Shown here piece by piece: positions 1-12,290 of a DNA stretch of 64,000 nt. The first letter of the stretch is position 1, and each line of letters begins with the position of its first letter. The stretch spans positions 420,360,001 through 420,424,000 of the forward strand of contig OZ024740.1 of assembly GCA_964016885.1 (NCBI GenBank), written 5' to 3'. The stretch comes from Eledone cirrhosa. Taxonomy: Eukaryota. The notes beneath the pieces are model-generated. The model was not told the DNA's origin and made no database searches. It saw nothing but the letters and a program-made list of their open reading frames with translations. The translations under genes were made by a program, and so were the position numbers.

Positions 1-108
1 AAAGTGCCACATAGAGAAATCAAATCAAAATTTTGTTTTACTTCTAATACAGTTCCTATTGAACATCAGCTTACAATCTTTCATATATAAGACACTTACT
101 TATTAGCA

Positions 109-2367
109 CCTATCTCTATTACTACCCCTTCCCCAACATTCATTACTATCTATTACTACCCCTAACATCCACCTATCTCTATAACTACCCCTAACATCCA
201 CCTATCTCTATAACTTCCCCTAACATCCACCAATCTCTATAACTTCCCCTAACATCCACCAATCTCTATAACTTCCCCTAACATCCACCCATCTCTATTA
301 CTTCCCCTAACATCCACCAATCTCTATAACTTCCCCTAACATCCACCCATCTCTATTACTACCCCTAACATCCACCAATCTCTATTACTTCCCCTAACAT
401 CCACCCATCTCTATTACTACCCCTAACATCCACCCATCTCTATAACTTCCCCTAACATCCACCCATCTCTATTACTACCCCTAACATCCACCTATCTCTA
501 TTACTTCCCCTAACATCCACCAATCTCTATTACTACCCCTAACATCCACCCATCTCTATTACTTCCCCTAACATCCACCCATCTCTATAACTTCCCCTAA
601 CATCCACCCATCTCTATAACTTCCCCTAACATCCACCCATCTCTATTACTTCCCCTAACATCCACCCATCTCTATTACTTCCCCTAACATCCACCCATCT
701 CTATTACTACCCCTAACATCCACCCATCTCTATTACTTCCCCTAACATCCACCCATCTCTATAACTTCCCCTAACATCCACCCATCTCTATTACTTCCCC
801 TAACATCCACCCATCTCTATTACTTCCCCTAACATCCACCTATCTCTATTACTTCCCCTAACATCCACCAATCTCTATAACTTCCCCTAACATCCACCCA
901 TCTCTATTACTACCCCTAATATCCACCCATCTCTATTACTACCCCTAACATCCACCCATCTCTATAACTTCCCCTAACATCCACCCATCTCTATTACTTC
1001 CCCTAACATCCACCAATCTCTATAACTTCCCCTAACATCCACCCATCTCTATTACTACCCCTAACATCCACCCATCTCTATTACTTCCCCTAACATCCAC
1101 CCATCTCTATAACTTCCCCTAACATCCACCAATCTCTATAACTTCCCCTAACATCCACCCATCTCTATTACTACCCCTAACATCCACCTATCTCTATTAC
1201 TTCCCCTAACATCCACCAATCTCTATAACTTCCCCTAACATCCACCCATCTCTATTACTACCCCTAATATCCACCCATCTCTATTACTACCCCTAACATC
1301 CACCCATCTCTATAACTTCCCCTAACATCCACCCATCTCTATTACTTCCCCTAACATCCACCAATCTCTATAACTTCCCCTAACATCCACCCATCTCTAT
1401 TACTACCCCTAACATCCACCCATCTCTATAACTTCCCCTAACATCCACCCATCTCTATTACTACCCCTAACATCCACCCATCTCTATAACTTCCCCTAAC
1501 ATCCACCCATCTCTATTACTACCCCTAACATCCACCAATCTCTATTACTTCCCCTAACATCCACCCATCTCTATTACTACCCCTAACATCCACCCATCTC
1601 TATTACTACCCCTAACATCCACCCATCTCTATTACTTCCCCTAACATCCACCCATCTCTATTACTACCCCTAACATCCACCCATCTCTATTACTTCCCCT
1701 AATATCCACCCATCTCTATTACTACCCCTAACATCCACCCATCTCTATTACTACCCCTAACATCCACCCATCTCTATAACTTCCCCTAACATCCACCCAT
1801 CTCTATTACTTCCCCTAACATCCACCCATCTCTATTACTACCCCTAACATCCACCCATCTCTATTACTTCCTCTAACATCCACCCATCTCTATTACTTCC
1901 CCTAATATCCACCCATCTCTATAACTTCCCCTAACATCCACCCATCTCTATTACTACCCCTAACATCCACCCATCTCTATTACTACCCCTAACATCCACC
2001 CATCTCTATTACTTCCCCTAATATCCACCCATCTCTATAACTTCCCCTAACATCCACCCATCTCTATTACTACCCCTAACATCCACCCATCTCTATTACT
2101 TCCCCTAATATCCACCCATCTCTATAACTTCCCCTAACATCCACCCATCTCTATTACTACCCCTAACATCCACCCATCTCTATTACTACCCCTAACATCC
2201 ACCCATCTCTATTACTTCCCCTAACATCCACCCATCTCTATTACTTCCCCTAATATCCACCCATCTCTATAACTTCCCCTAACATCCACCCATCTCTATT
2301 ACTACCCCTAACATCCACCCATCTCTATTACTTCCCCTAATATCCACCCATCTTTATTACTACCCCT
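109..2367. repeat. 29-bp minisatellite (CCCCTAACATCCACC[C/A/T]ATCTCTAT[T/A]ACT[T/A]), roughly 75 copies
   Basis: Directly visible tandem unit with a few variant positions; each unit contains one CCCTAA; C-rich + strand. Confidence 0.97.
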
Positions 2368-2734
2368 CTATGATGTTTCTTATTCAATCTCCTTACCAAC
2401 AACAAACGTCTATCTTACTCTGTCTCTCTTTCTGTAACTCCTTTCTCTACCACCCTTTCACAATCACCCTCACCCCCCATCGTGGCAGTAGTAGCTTAAT
2501 CTCCCTCAAATTCCACCCTACTCTCCTTAAGAATTAAAGAACACTTTGGATAATGTAGTTTGGGATATACTGGTATGGTCCTGAAACTCCTGATGGAGTC
2601 ACAGGGACACCATATTGACATATTGTGTTTGTTGGACATTTTAAACCTGACAGAGATCATCATTTTCCAGGTCTGAATTTAACAGATTTCTTTCAGAGAA
2701 GGATAGAAAGTGAGAAAGAGATATAGAATAAGAA

Positions 2735-2880
2735 TTGACTCAGTACTAGACTGGTACTTTTTTTACCTAATGGATGAAAAGCAAAGTTGACCTCAGTAGG
2801 ATTTGAACTCAGAAAGCAGAGTGCTGAAACGAATACCACAAAACACTCTGATGTTCTAACAACTTTGCCAATTTACTGCC
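2735..2880 (-). mobile_element. Degraded tRNA-derived SINE
   Basis: ctggtactt...ggatgaaaagcaaagttgacctc...gatttgaactc; same family at 3630-3785; reverse B-box (gagttcaaatc). Confidence 0.6.
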
Positions 2881-3169
2881 TTTAAGGATATATTATGTTT
2901 AGAAAAAAAACGGGATGGTCATGGCTAGAATACCTTTGATTATAGTTCTGCTTAATTAGGAGTGATTTAAGGCTAAACAACAACAGCGATTGTTTCATCA
3001 ACTTGTACCACTAAATTCAAGTCTTCTTGTGAGCCTGAAAAAGGCAATGGAAAGCAAATTGAATTTTGTTGTTGCTGTTGTTGTTGTCTAACTGTGTTTG
3101 GCTATTTATGAAGCAGACCTATAAACAAAGGCAGTCCAGTTATGGCCATCCTGCTTTTTCTAGGGATAG

Positions 3170-3480
3170 TGAGAGAAAAGCAGAGCTTGGATGAACTGAG
3201 GGAGAAACTGGGTTTAAGAGGAATCTGAAATGGTGTGCAGGAGAGAAGACTGTGTTGGTACAGACATGTGATATGTATGGATGATGATCGCTGGGTGAAG
3301 AAGTGCCAAGAAATTCCAGTAGAGGTAGACCTGGGTAAAGGTGGTGAAAGCTGATCTCAAATTGCTGAGACTCACAAAGGAGATGAAGAAGGAACACGGC
3401 TAATGGAGAGATACTGTGCTGAAAAGGACCTGTCCAACCCATGCAAGCATGAAAAAATAGATGTAAAAATGACGATGATG
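3170..3480 (+). mobile_element. Old RTE LINE 3' fragment
   Basis: Degenerate ERRLxWxxHV / GRP coding remnants followed by ccaacccatgcaagcatg and a (GAT)n tail like the young RTEs in this window. Confidence 0.65.
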
Positions 3481-3629
3481 TCTAAAAACAGGTTTGTTAA
3501 TTCAAATGTTTATAGTATTTTTACTTTCTGAGTGGATAGTTATGAAAATTTGTAGCATTAGATTAAATATATTTATTAGATGTAGTTAAGTAGGCTAAAA
3601 TAATTGTTTCTATTTTGGCACAAGACCAG

Positions 3630-3785
3630 CAATTACCCCAGTGCATTACTGGTGCTTTATTTTATCAACACCGTAAGGATGAAAGGCAAAGTTAACCTTG
3701 GCGGGATTTGAACTCAAACCGTAAAGGGCCATAACTCTATGCCACAAAGCATGGCGTCCGACCCTCTACTGATTACAGCCAATCC
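3630..3785 (-). mobile_element. Degraded tRNA-derived SINE
   Basis: actggtgctttattttatc...aaggatgaaaggcaaagttaaccttggcgggatttgaactc; paralog of 2735-2880. Confidence 0.65.
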
Positions 3786-4384
3786 AGTCATCTCTCTTTC
3801 AAAGGTGAAACATTTATTTTAGTTTTTCTAATGGCTATAATATAAGCAGCCCACCACACCTGCATCAACAACCACACTACCGATGTTGTCCAAGGTAATG
3901 GTCAATACACCTTGGCACCAGTGATGTCTCCATTTCTACAGCTGAGTGATACTCCAAAAATATGATGTCGTACAGGACCTTAAGGGGTAACCCTTTAGGA
4001 TATTAGTATCAGTTTATATATATTATCAAGAATGACAATAAATGCAGGTGAGTGTTGTGACATGGTTTTACTTCACAGAAGTCAAATAAATTAATATAAA
4101 TAATTGTTACCACATGTTGATGGTCAGTTGGTCACAACTCCCAGACTGGAGTGTGTGGAGAAGAACAGAAATCTTCTCTTGGTAAGGTTCAAGTGTTTCT
4201 TTAGGCTGCCGGTGTTCTTCTTGTTGAGGGCAGAATTGACAGAATTGCCTTGCGTTCTCAAATATATAGTCCCCAGGGGGACGCAACTCCATTTAGTACA
4301 TGGATCTGCCACTGGGAGTCGCGACCATCGCAAAGGGACGCAACTCCTATATGTACCTGAGTTACAGCCGTAAGGGGCCGCTAC

Positions 4385-4600
4385 AACCCTTTAACATTTA
4401 AACCAGCCGTATCCAGTCAGAATTCTCTCCCCTCTTTCTGTTCAAACTGGCCACTCATACTGATGTTAAGATATTATTCTCAAAATAAATAATATCAAAA
4501 TCTCATAGATTTGATATTACTTGAGATAATTATGTGAACTAAAACCTTTATGTGGGAATATAGTAGTATATATAGAGTAATGTGAATGGTAAAGGGTTAA
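4385..4600. mobile_element. MITE, piggyBac-like ends
   Basis: aaccctttaacattt ... aatggtaaagggttaa terminal inverted repeats; three copies in the window. Confidence 0.75.
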
Positions 4601-5384
4601 TGTATTTTTTTTTAAATAGTAGGGTTTAATTGAAGAGAGATTTGACTGCTATTTCTTGTAAGTCAAACGACAACGTGGAGCGCTTCCCTCTTTATTGTTG
4701 AATTCAGAGTATCTCTTAGTTGACATTTAGTTCTCCATCTCAACCCTGATGAAGAAGACCTATGACCAAAAGTATTCCAGCCAGGATTATCCTATCTTTT
4801 TAGAGTTATCTAAGACTATATCATCCTATCTTTTTAGAGTTATCTAAGACTACATTATCCAATATGTCACAGATATGGTTGAATGGTTAAGAGGCCTGCT
4901 TCACAATCATGAGGATTTGTGTTCTATCCCACTACATAACATTGTTCCAATGTAAACACCGAGAAAGTGGACATCTTGAAGCTGATTACTACCTTCTAGT
5001 TACCAACCCGACCATAATCGGCTCTGAAATAAAATTACCTAATTTAAAGGTTTCCAATTTAAAAATCTTCCAACATAATTTTACATTAAGTTACTATCTT
5101 AGTAATGAAATAATTCATACCGTACTGCATTAATTGGATTTGCAATCGTGAGGTTGCGAGTTTGATTCCTGATGTGTCATGTCCTTGAGCAAAACACTTT
5201 ATTTCACATTGTTCTTTCTGTCAGGAGTTGTGACTGGTAGATAGTATCAGCCATGGAAGGAACAGAGAAACATTGTTTTCTTGGTTTGATTTGACAAGCT
5301 CCACCCCACACAGTAAGTGAATGGCGTCTGGGATCTTGTCAATCTTCTCTCTCCTTCTCTCTTCATACATAAAAAAGAGCATGT

Positions 5385-5545
5385 GAAGGCACATGGCTTA
5401 GTGGTTAGAGCATTGGGCTTGTAATCAAAAGGTTACGAGTTCAATTCTCGGACCAGGTGATGTGTTGTTTCCTTGAGCAAGGCACTTTATTTCACGTTGC
5501 TCCAGTTTACTCAGCTGTAGAAATGAGATGATAGGACTGGGGTCC
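5385..5545 (+). mobile_element. tRNA-derived SINE head and body
   Basis: A box TGGCTTAGTGG, B box GAGTTCAATTC, then ccttgagcaaggcactttatttcac core; reverse copy at 49225-49372. Confidence 0.8.
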
Positions 5546-5860
5546 CTATCATTAAATCACCCAAGACACCGCCAATGAGATATACCTTGGAGGGGGGCAG
5601 CTAACCCTGCCTAGGTGTGAGCTGTGACAACAACAACAACAATTTAAAAGAGAAAGAAGTCTTGGTGGTTAATTTCAAGATGGCTTCAGAATAAGTTAGT
5701 ACAGTAGTATTTAAACATGTTTTTGTTAGTTTTTGTTTATGGTTTAATCAGGAGGAAGCTGCAGTATCCATGACAATGGGACCTTCTCTTACTAGTCACA
5801 CTATTAACCTTTTCATGATCATATTTCCAATGAAATACTCTCTATTTTAATTATTTGACG

Positions 5861-6090
5861 TTAATCCTTTGACATTTAAACCAGCCGTATCCGGACACAA
5901 TTCTCTCACCTCTTTCTCTTCAAACCAGCCGTAAATGGCTGCTCATACTTATGTTAAGGTATTGTTCTCAAAATAAATAATATCAAAATCTCAAAGATTT
6001 GATATTATGTGAGATAATTATGTGAGGTAAAGTGTTTACCGTGAAAAATACAATAGTAAATATAGAGTAATGTAAATGCTAAAGGGTTAA
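5861..6090. mobile_element. MITE, piggyBac-like ends
   Basis: TTAAtcctttgacattta ... taaatgctaaagggTTAA; TTAA at both ends. Confidence 0.75.
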
Positions 6091-6369
6091 TAGAAAATAC
6101 CCCTAGTCCAAGTGGTACCCCTCCTTCAACTGGCACCCATGGCACGTGCCATACTTGCTATACCCAGTCTCCTGAAGCTAAGTAATTCTCATATATATCA
6201 GTAAAATTTTCTTCTAGAATATATCAAAATTGTGTCATCCTAAAATATTTCAACTATATACGGTCCAATGATCAGCGGTCACGCTCCTATAACAACTATT
6301 GATTTTAATTTATTGATTCAGTTTGTCTTATTTACTAACAAAATTAGATTTCAACGCTACTTCACAGTT

Positions 6370-6526
6370 GACTGGTTAGCAATAGAAAGAGCAACCAGCT
6401 GTAAAATTATTTGCTACAAAACAACCATGAAAGCATGGAAAAAAATAGACATAAAAATGATGATGATGATGACAATGATGATCATGTTGATGATGACAAT
6501 GATGATGATGATGATGATGATGATGA
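6370..6526 (+). mobile_element. RTE-type SINE/LINE 3' tail with (ATG)n microsatellite
   Basis: caaccagctgtaaaa...aaccatgaaagcatggaaaa...(atg)n. Confidence 0.55.
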
Positions 6527-7008
6527 TTCTGCCCCATCAATTATGTGGTGGGGGTGGGGCTATAAAACTATGTGTATGTGGTATCACGTTCTACCAAGTA
6601 TACACAAGAGGTCTTTGACACAACTGAGGGTCCTCCCAACCCCTTTGTTTGGCAAGCTTTCTACGGCTGGATGCCTTTCCTATCACCAACCACTTTACAC
6701 CGTGTATTGAGTGCATTTGTTGTCTAGATCACCAAACACTAGGGAGGCTTTTACACCTTGACATGACTGAAGGATCCTCCAATATCCTGACTTAAGAATT
6801 AACTTTTGGTAAGTTTGTTAGAATTCATTATGATTTTTTCTAAGCTTCCGTGGGTTGGATGGGTCTTTTCTCTGCCACAGCATCTTGCCATTTGTTGCAG
6901 TCCTTTACCATCTTTATTGTGGATCAGTCCCTGAGATCAGCCTTCACCACTTCTTTCTTGGTCTTCCTCTTCCTCAGTTTGCTTCCCCTTAGATTGCTTG
7001 GCACTTCT

Positions 7009-7220
7009 TTAACCCTTTAGCATTTAAACCAGCCGTATCCGGCCAGAATTCTCTCACCTCTTTCTGTTCAAACTGGCTGTAACCAGCTACTCTTACTTAT
7101 ATCATGGTATTGTTCTCAAAACAAATATAAAATCTCATAGATTTGATATTATGTGAGGTAAAGTGTTTACCATGAAAATATAATAGTATATATAGAGTAA
7201 TGTAAATACTAAAGGGTTAT
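7009..7220. mobile_element. MITE, piggyBac-like ends, inserted in an old minus-strand RTE relic (about 6850-7420)
   Basis: TTAAccctttagcattta ... taaatactaaagggtta. Confidence 0.75.
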
Positions 7221-7714
7221 CTTCTAGATGCATCACACACCTGTACAAATACAGTCTTCTCTCATGTTCACTAGAGTTATTCTCACATCTTGTTTGTGTT
7301 CCATCATGCATGTACACTAACACTACACATTCATGAGAGCATTCTTACCTCATTTCATCTCAGTCTTTAAACATCTTTTCTATCGAATGCTTGTTTCTCT
7401 ACCATGAAACATCAGCTATTATATTTTGGAACATCCTTTATGAATTTGAAAAGGACTAAATCAACTGTAAACAAATTTTACATTTAAAATAACAAAGAAA
7501 GATCTACTTTCTCAAAATATGACTACCATACCTTGCAGTTAACAGAATGTGTATATGAGTTGGATTAGATGGGTTGTCATGTTATGAGACAAGTCAGGTC
7601 AGTTGACCATGTCTTGCTCAAACAGATCTGTATTTTAGCTTGGTTTCTACAGCTGGATGCTCTTCCTAACACCAACCATGTTACATTGTCGACTAGCTGC
7701 TTTTTTTATTGTGG

Positions 7715-7915
7715 CATCAAAATGACCACTTAATAGGGTGGACTGGGTACTTTTTAATGTGTCACCAGCACAACCACCTCACAGGGTGGACTGAGTGCTT
7801 TTTAATGTGTCACCAGCACAACCACCTTACAGGGTGGACTGGGTGCTTTTTAATGTGTCACCAGCACAACCACCTTACAGGGTGGACTGGGTACTTTTTG
7901 TCTTGTCACCAGCAC
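7715..7915. repeat. 48-bp tandem repeat (about 4 copies) derived from a SINE/RTE tail
   Basis: caccagcacaaccacct(c/t)acagggtggactgggtgctttttaatgtgt repeated; preceded by tttctacagctggatgc...cctaacaccaacc. Confidence 0.85.
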
Positions 7916-8104
7916 AAGTTGCCAAGAGTTTATATTAAAAACTAATTTTATTAAATTCATTGACAGATGACATTCTATATAAAAAATACAAAGTAAATAT
8001 ATTGGCAGAAAATTTATTCATAATTTGCAGATAAATTCAATGTCAACAAAAAATTCTCAAGTTTAATTTACAAACGTTATTTTTAAAAAATCTATTTTAT
8101 AGAT

Positions 8105-8337
<233 letters not shown>

Positions 8338-8468
8338 GCAAAAGTTCTATTTAAAATTGTTGGGATACAACAAGTAAATATTTTATAACTGATATAAAGC
8401 ACTCGACAAGTTTTTGGAGTAGATATACGATATTAAATAAATGGAAACTAAATTTATAAAACCATATT

Positions 8469-8533
8469 TATTTCATTATACATATTTCAGGGATACCAAA
8501 TTAAAATATGGTATGCCTTCATCAGACAAAATA
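8469..8533 (-). ncRNA. Type I hammerhead ribozyme (family C)
   Basis: tattttgt CTGATGA aggcatacca..tggtatccct GAAA t atgt ATA atgaaata; stems I and II pair, minimal stem III. Confidence 0.8.
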
Positions 8534-9932
8534 CAATATATAAACAGTTTTATAAATAATTTTGACGTACCCTATTAGATGCAACCATTATTTTTGGAAG
8601 CTGTCTGGATAGTGAGATGTTTATAATTATTTTATTAGTTATAGTGTTAAGCACAGTTAGAAGACGGAGAGAAAGAAAAAACGGAGAGAGAGAAGGAGAG
8701 AGAGAAAAAGAAAACCTGGAGAAATACCGGAGAGAGAGAGGAATGTATGCAGAAAAGAAAGATATAAATAGATAGGAGGAAATGAAAAAGAAAGAAAAAA
8801 GGAAGAAAAAGCAACAGAGAGATAATAATTCATCATACAGATAGAGAAACTCAAGAGAGAGGAGGATATAGTGACAACTTTACGTCATGTCATATTAAGT
8901 TGAGTTAACAATTCATATGAAATGAATAATAAAAATGTAAATATCAATATTCATGAATGGGACATAAATATATAATATGAGAAAATAACATTGTTCAATA
9001 ATGACCATATGTATAGTTTAAAACCTTGAGGTCAATATACCAAAATCTGAGTTAAAACCTTCAAAAGATACCCTATTTATAAAAATACGGATACACATAT
9101 GTATATATATATACACGCATATGTACGTCCTGAAAAAAGAGAAATTATGTCTACTCCAGTCAATAATATAGACACACAAATGATTTCACTTGATCACTTC
9201 TATACATTTCTTGTGTTATAAAAATTTCACAGTATATATACATAAAAATACGATTAATATTCATGTCCTCATATATATGATTACCGTTCATGTATTTAAT
9301 ATTATGCATATCTGCAACACACATCAACATATATACATACAACCATACATACACACACATATGTATAAATAAATATCTGCGTGAGTTTTCCAGCATCGTT
9401 ATGCATATATACAGACACATATACGAACACATAAATAAACCCCATAAACCTTTTATATGCATGTTAATACACATATATGGCCTTTGTATAGAGATAATCA
9501 AATATCAATATATTAATATAGAAATATCAAAGCATTAAATATCTTTAAAACACTATAGAGTATCTCAAGTTAAAATAATATGTTTTATATATTTATTATA
9601 GAAATCTATCCTACCTATATCTCAAACAAGATATTGCAAGGGTAGACATATGAAAGTTATTAGAAGCTATCAGAGTAAAAAAACAAATAAAAAAATAAAA
9701 ATAATTTAAAAGATTTAGAAGACCTAGTGATTCTACGGATGCCCTTATATTTAGTATAGAAATTTATCTTACGTAAATTTTATTTAATACATTGGGAGCA
9801 TATACATTTTAGAGAGTAGTTTATTATATCCTTGTTTATATTTAGGAAGAAAGTTTAAAAAGAAAAAGGTGAAGGAATCTAATGATTTATTGTCAGGTTT
9901 CATATATTAACTAAATTTCTTAATTAATTATA

Positions 9933-10259
9933 CTATATTTTAAATTTATATTTATATTTAAACGTTGAGTTCAATCTATGTCTGCAGCAACTGAATAAAT
10001 TGCTCCTTAAATTAAGGGAATTTTTGGACTTTAATATAAACAATATTTCTTCTACACAAAGATCACAACTCTCTGAAGAGGAATTAAAAGGAGTACCTTT
10101 TGAGACAATATTCCAAATCATCGAATATTTAACATTATCTCGTTTAAGGTGCCAGAGTAGGCTAGATAGCGAAGTTGAAGATTTTTTGTTTGGATCTGTG
10201 AAAGAATTCTTATGATTATTGAAGCGAAGTTTAAATCGCGATGATCACGTCTGACCTAT
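9933..10259 (-). pseudogene. GIY-YIG endonuclease C-terminal fragment of a Naiad-type PLE
   Basis: ORF 9933..10121 plus upstream in-frame IGQT*SSRFKLRF. Confidence 0.85.
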
Positions 10260-10830
10260 CGCGATTCACATACGACCTACCATACATCTTACTTATTTAG
10301 CTCCCTCCGGTAGAGCTTAACCTTCACTGAAAAACACACCGCCCTGGGGTGGCTTTTCAATACACTGACAGTATGCTGACAAAGGACCATCTTCCGTTAT
10401 CTCTTAAGAATATACCCATACCACCAAGGGGTACTTATGAAAAGCAACTTATAACCAGCGTTAACTCGTTTGTAAGGAGAATAAGATGGCGTACATTTCA
10501 CTTCGATAGGCGCCGTAACGCCCCACTAGAGAGTCCATCGAATAATAAGTATGAATTTAGGACATTTAGGAGCCCGTCCCATAACCCTCTACCCCGGCAA
10601 CTAATATAAAAGAGCCCCCTTAGAATATAGACCCCAACTATACAAGCGGAGTTGCTGATGTATACCACAATTTCAAACTGCTAGCCTTGAGTGATACGTT
10701 GATGTAAACAATGATCTTACAATCACATGTTATATGCCTTGATAAGTCCCCCCATGTGGTCGGACGAAACGGCTGTCGGCAATAAACTTGTTATAATGTC
10801 ATAATAGTTCCTTTGTTCTTTTTCACTAAT
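10260..10830 (+). mobile_element. Internally deleted Naiad-type PLE derivative (ORF N-terminus plus hammerhead-bearing 3' end)
   Basis: ATG at 10373: LSLKNIPIP...FVRRIRWRTFHFDR matches the N-terminus of the 814-aa ORF; stop at 10609; hammerhead; then (TA)n. Confidence 0.8.
10730..10785 (+). ncRNA. Type I hammerhead ribozyme, U3-A8 core variant
   Basis: ttatatgcc TTGATAA gtcc..ggac GAAAC ggct GTC ggcaataa; predicted cut after 10777. Confidence 0.75.
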
Positions 10831-10837
10831 ATATAAC

Positions 10838-10897
<60 letters not shown>

Positions 10898-10898
10898 A

Positions 10899-10931
<33 letters not shown>

Positions 10932-10932
10932 A

Positions 10933-11077
<145 letters not shown>

Positions 11078-11188
11078 AATATATATAAATATATATATAA
11101 ATATATATATAAATATATATATAAATATATATATAAATATATATATAAATATATATATAAATATATATATAAATATATATATAAATAT

Positions 11189-11321
<133 letters not shown>

Positions 11322-11324
11322 CAT

Positions 11325-11686
11325 TAGAAAGTGAGGTTTTTTTTACAAAATGAAAAATAACCGAGGTGTCCTACACGAGTGGAAGTATAAAGAAAAAGGG
11401 ATGAAATCGAAAATGCAACTGAAGTCTTATTTTTTTAAAAATATATATATTTATTTGGTTCCTTTACCGGTTTCGCAGTTCTTCTGCTTTTCAAAAGGTG
11501 AGTTGAGATGGAGGGTCTGTGGTTTTTCTCACATCTGATGTGAGAAAAACCACAGACCCTCCATCTCAACTCACCTTTTGAAAAGCAGAAGAACTGCGAA
11601 ACCGGTAAAGGAACCAAATAAATATATATATTTTTAAAAAAATAAGACTTCAGTTGCATTTTCGATTTCATCCCTTTTTCTTTATA
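11325..11686 (-). mobile_element. Fold-back PLE-type terminus: 150-bp palindrome plus 60-nt tail
   Basis: Arms 11386-11535 and 11537-11686 are reverse complements around T11536; TA tracts on both sides. Confidence 0.85.
11574..11611 (+). ncRNA. Minimal hammerhead, U3-A8 core variant (mirror copy on - strand at 11461-11498)
   Basis: cctt TTGAAAA gcag aagaa ctgc GAAAC cg GTA aagg. Confidence 0.72.
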
Positions 11687-11693
11687 TATATAC

Positions 11694-11800
<107 letters not shown>

Positions 11801-11823
11801 TATATATATATACATATATATAA

Positions 11824-11874
<51 letters not shown>

Positions 11875-11892
11875 AATATATATATATATACA

Positions 11893-12290
11893 TATACGGG
11901 GTAACAAATAATAGTTAAATGCAGTCCACTTAGGTATAGTCCAGTTATGGTATTCCAGGTAGTGGATGATATTAACGCTTGGCTTGGTTTGACTCAACAA
12001 GGCGTTTTCATAGTGATGCTGCGGGTATGCCGTAATTCCTATGTTGTAAACACTTGGAGTAATAAGAAATCAGGAAAGAAGGTTGACATGGTTTGCTATA
12101 CAAAAAAGGTTTTTAATCTCATAGCTGACAATTGTTTCTCTGAACTGGTAGGTCTAGAGATCGCTATTCGCTTATTTTCACGTTACTCAATCGCCAATAC
12201 AAAATTATAACCAGTCAGATCTTCGGAGCATGCGAGAATGAAGAGAATACACAGGCAAGAAAAGAATATACAGGCTACTATATATACGGG
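11893..12290 (-). mobile_element. About 390-nt non-coding hammerhead element (retrozyme-like)
   Basis: No recognisable ORF; contains a hammerhead; atatacggg at both ends; TA on the left. Confidence 0.6.
12117..12237 (-). ncRNA. Hammerhead with extended stem II and a U4C core change
   Basis: ctcgcatgct CCGAAGA tctgactggt...accagttcaga GAAAC aatt GTC agctatgag. Confidence 0.65.

Larger units (their letters stand above)
8338..10259 (-). mobile_element. 5'-truncated Naiad-type PLE (family C): GIY-YIG C-terminus, 3' UTR, hammerhead, tail
   Basis: Minus frame RFKLRFNNHKNSF...WNIV...CDLCVEE...LNLRS...CCRH is homologous to the end of the 814-aa ORF; 3' end abuts (TA)n. Confidence 0.85.

Noticed and set aside
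109-2367. CRISPR-like or telomeric array
   Set aside because: No unique spacers, and CCCTAA is not tandem; eukaryotic minisatellite
5385-5460. tRNA gene
   Set aside because: A and B boxes present but no acceptor stem; continues into a SINE body
6268-6710. Poly-Met and poly-Asp ORFs
   Set aside because: Produced by an (ATG)n retroposon tail
7709-7945. ORF with 16-aa Cys/His repeats
   Set aside because: By-product of a 48-bp tandem repeat of SINE/RTE tail sequence
10244-10250. In-frame TGA in the family C GIY-YIG as possible selenocysteine (reported for some Naiads)
   Set aside because: Not at a conserved Cys position, lies beside a rearranged junction, no SECIS recognised; the intact ORFs have no internal TGA
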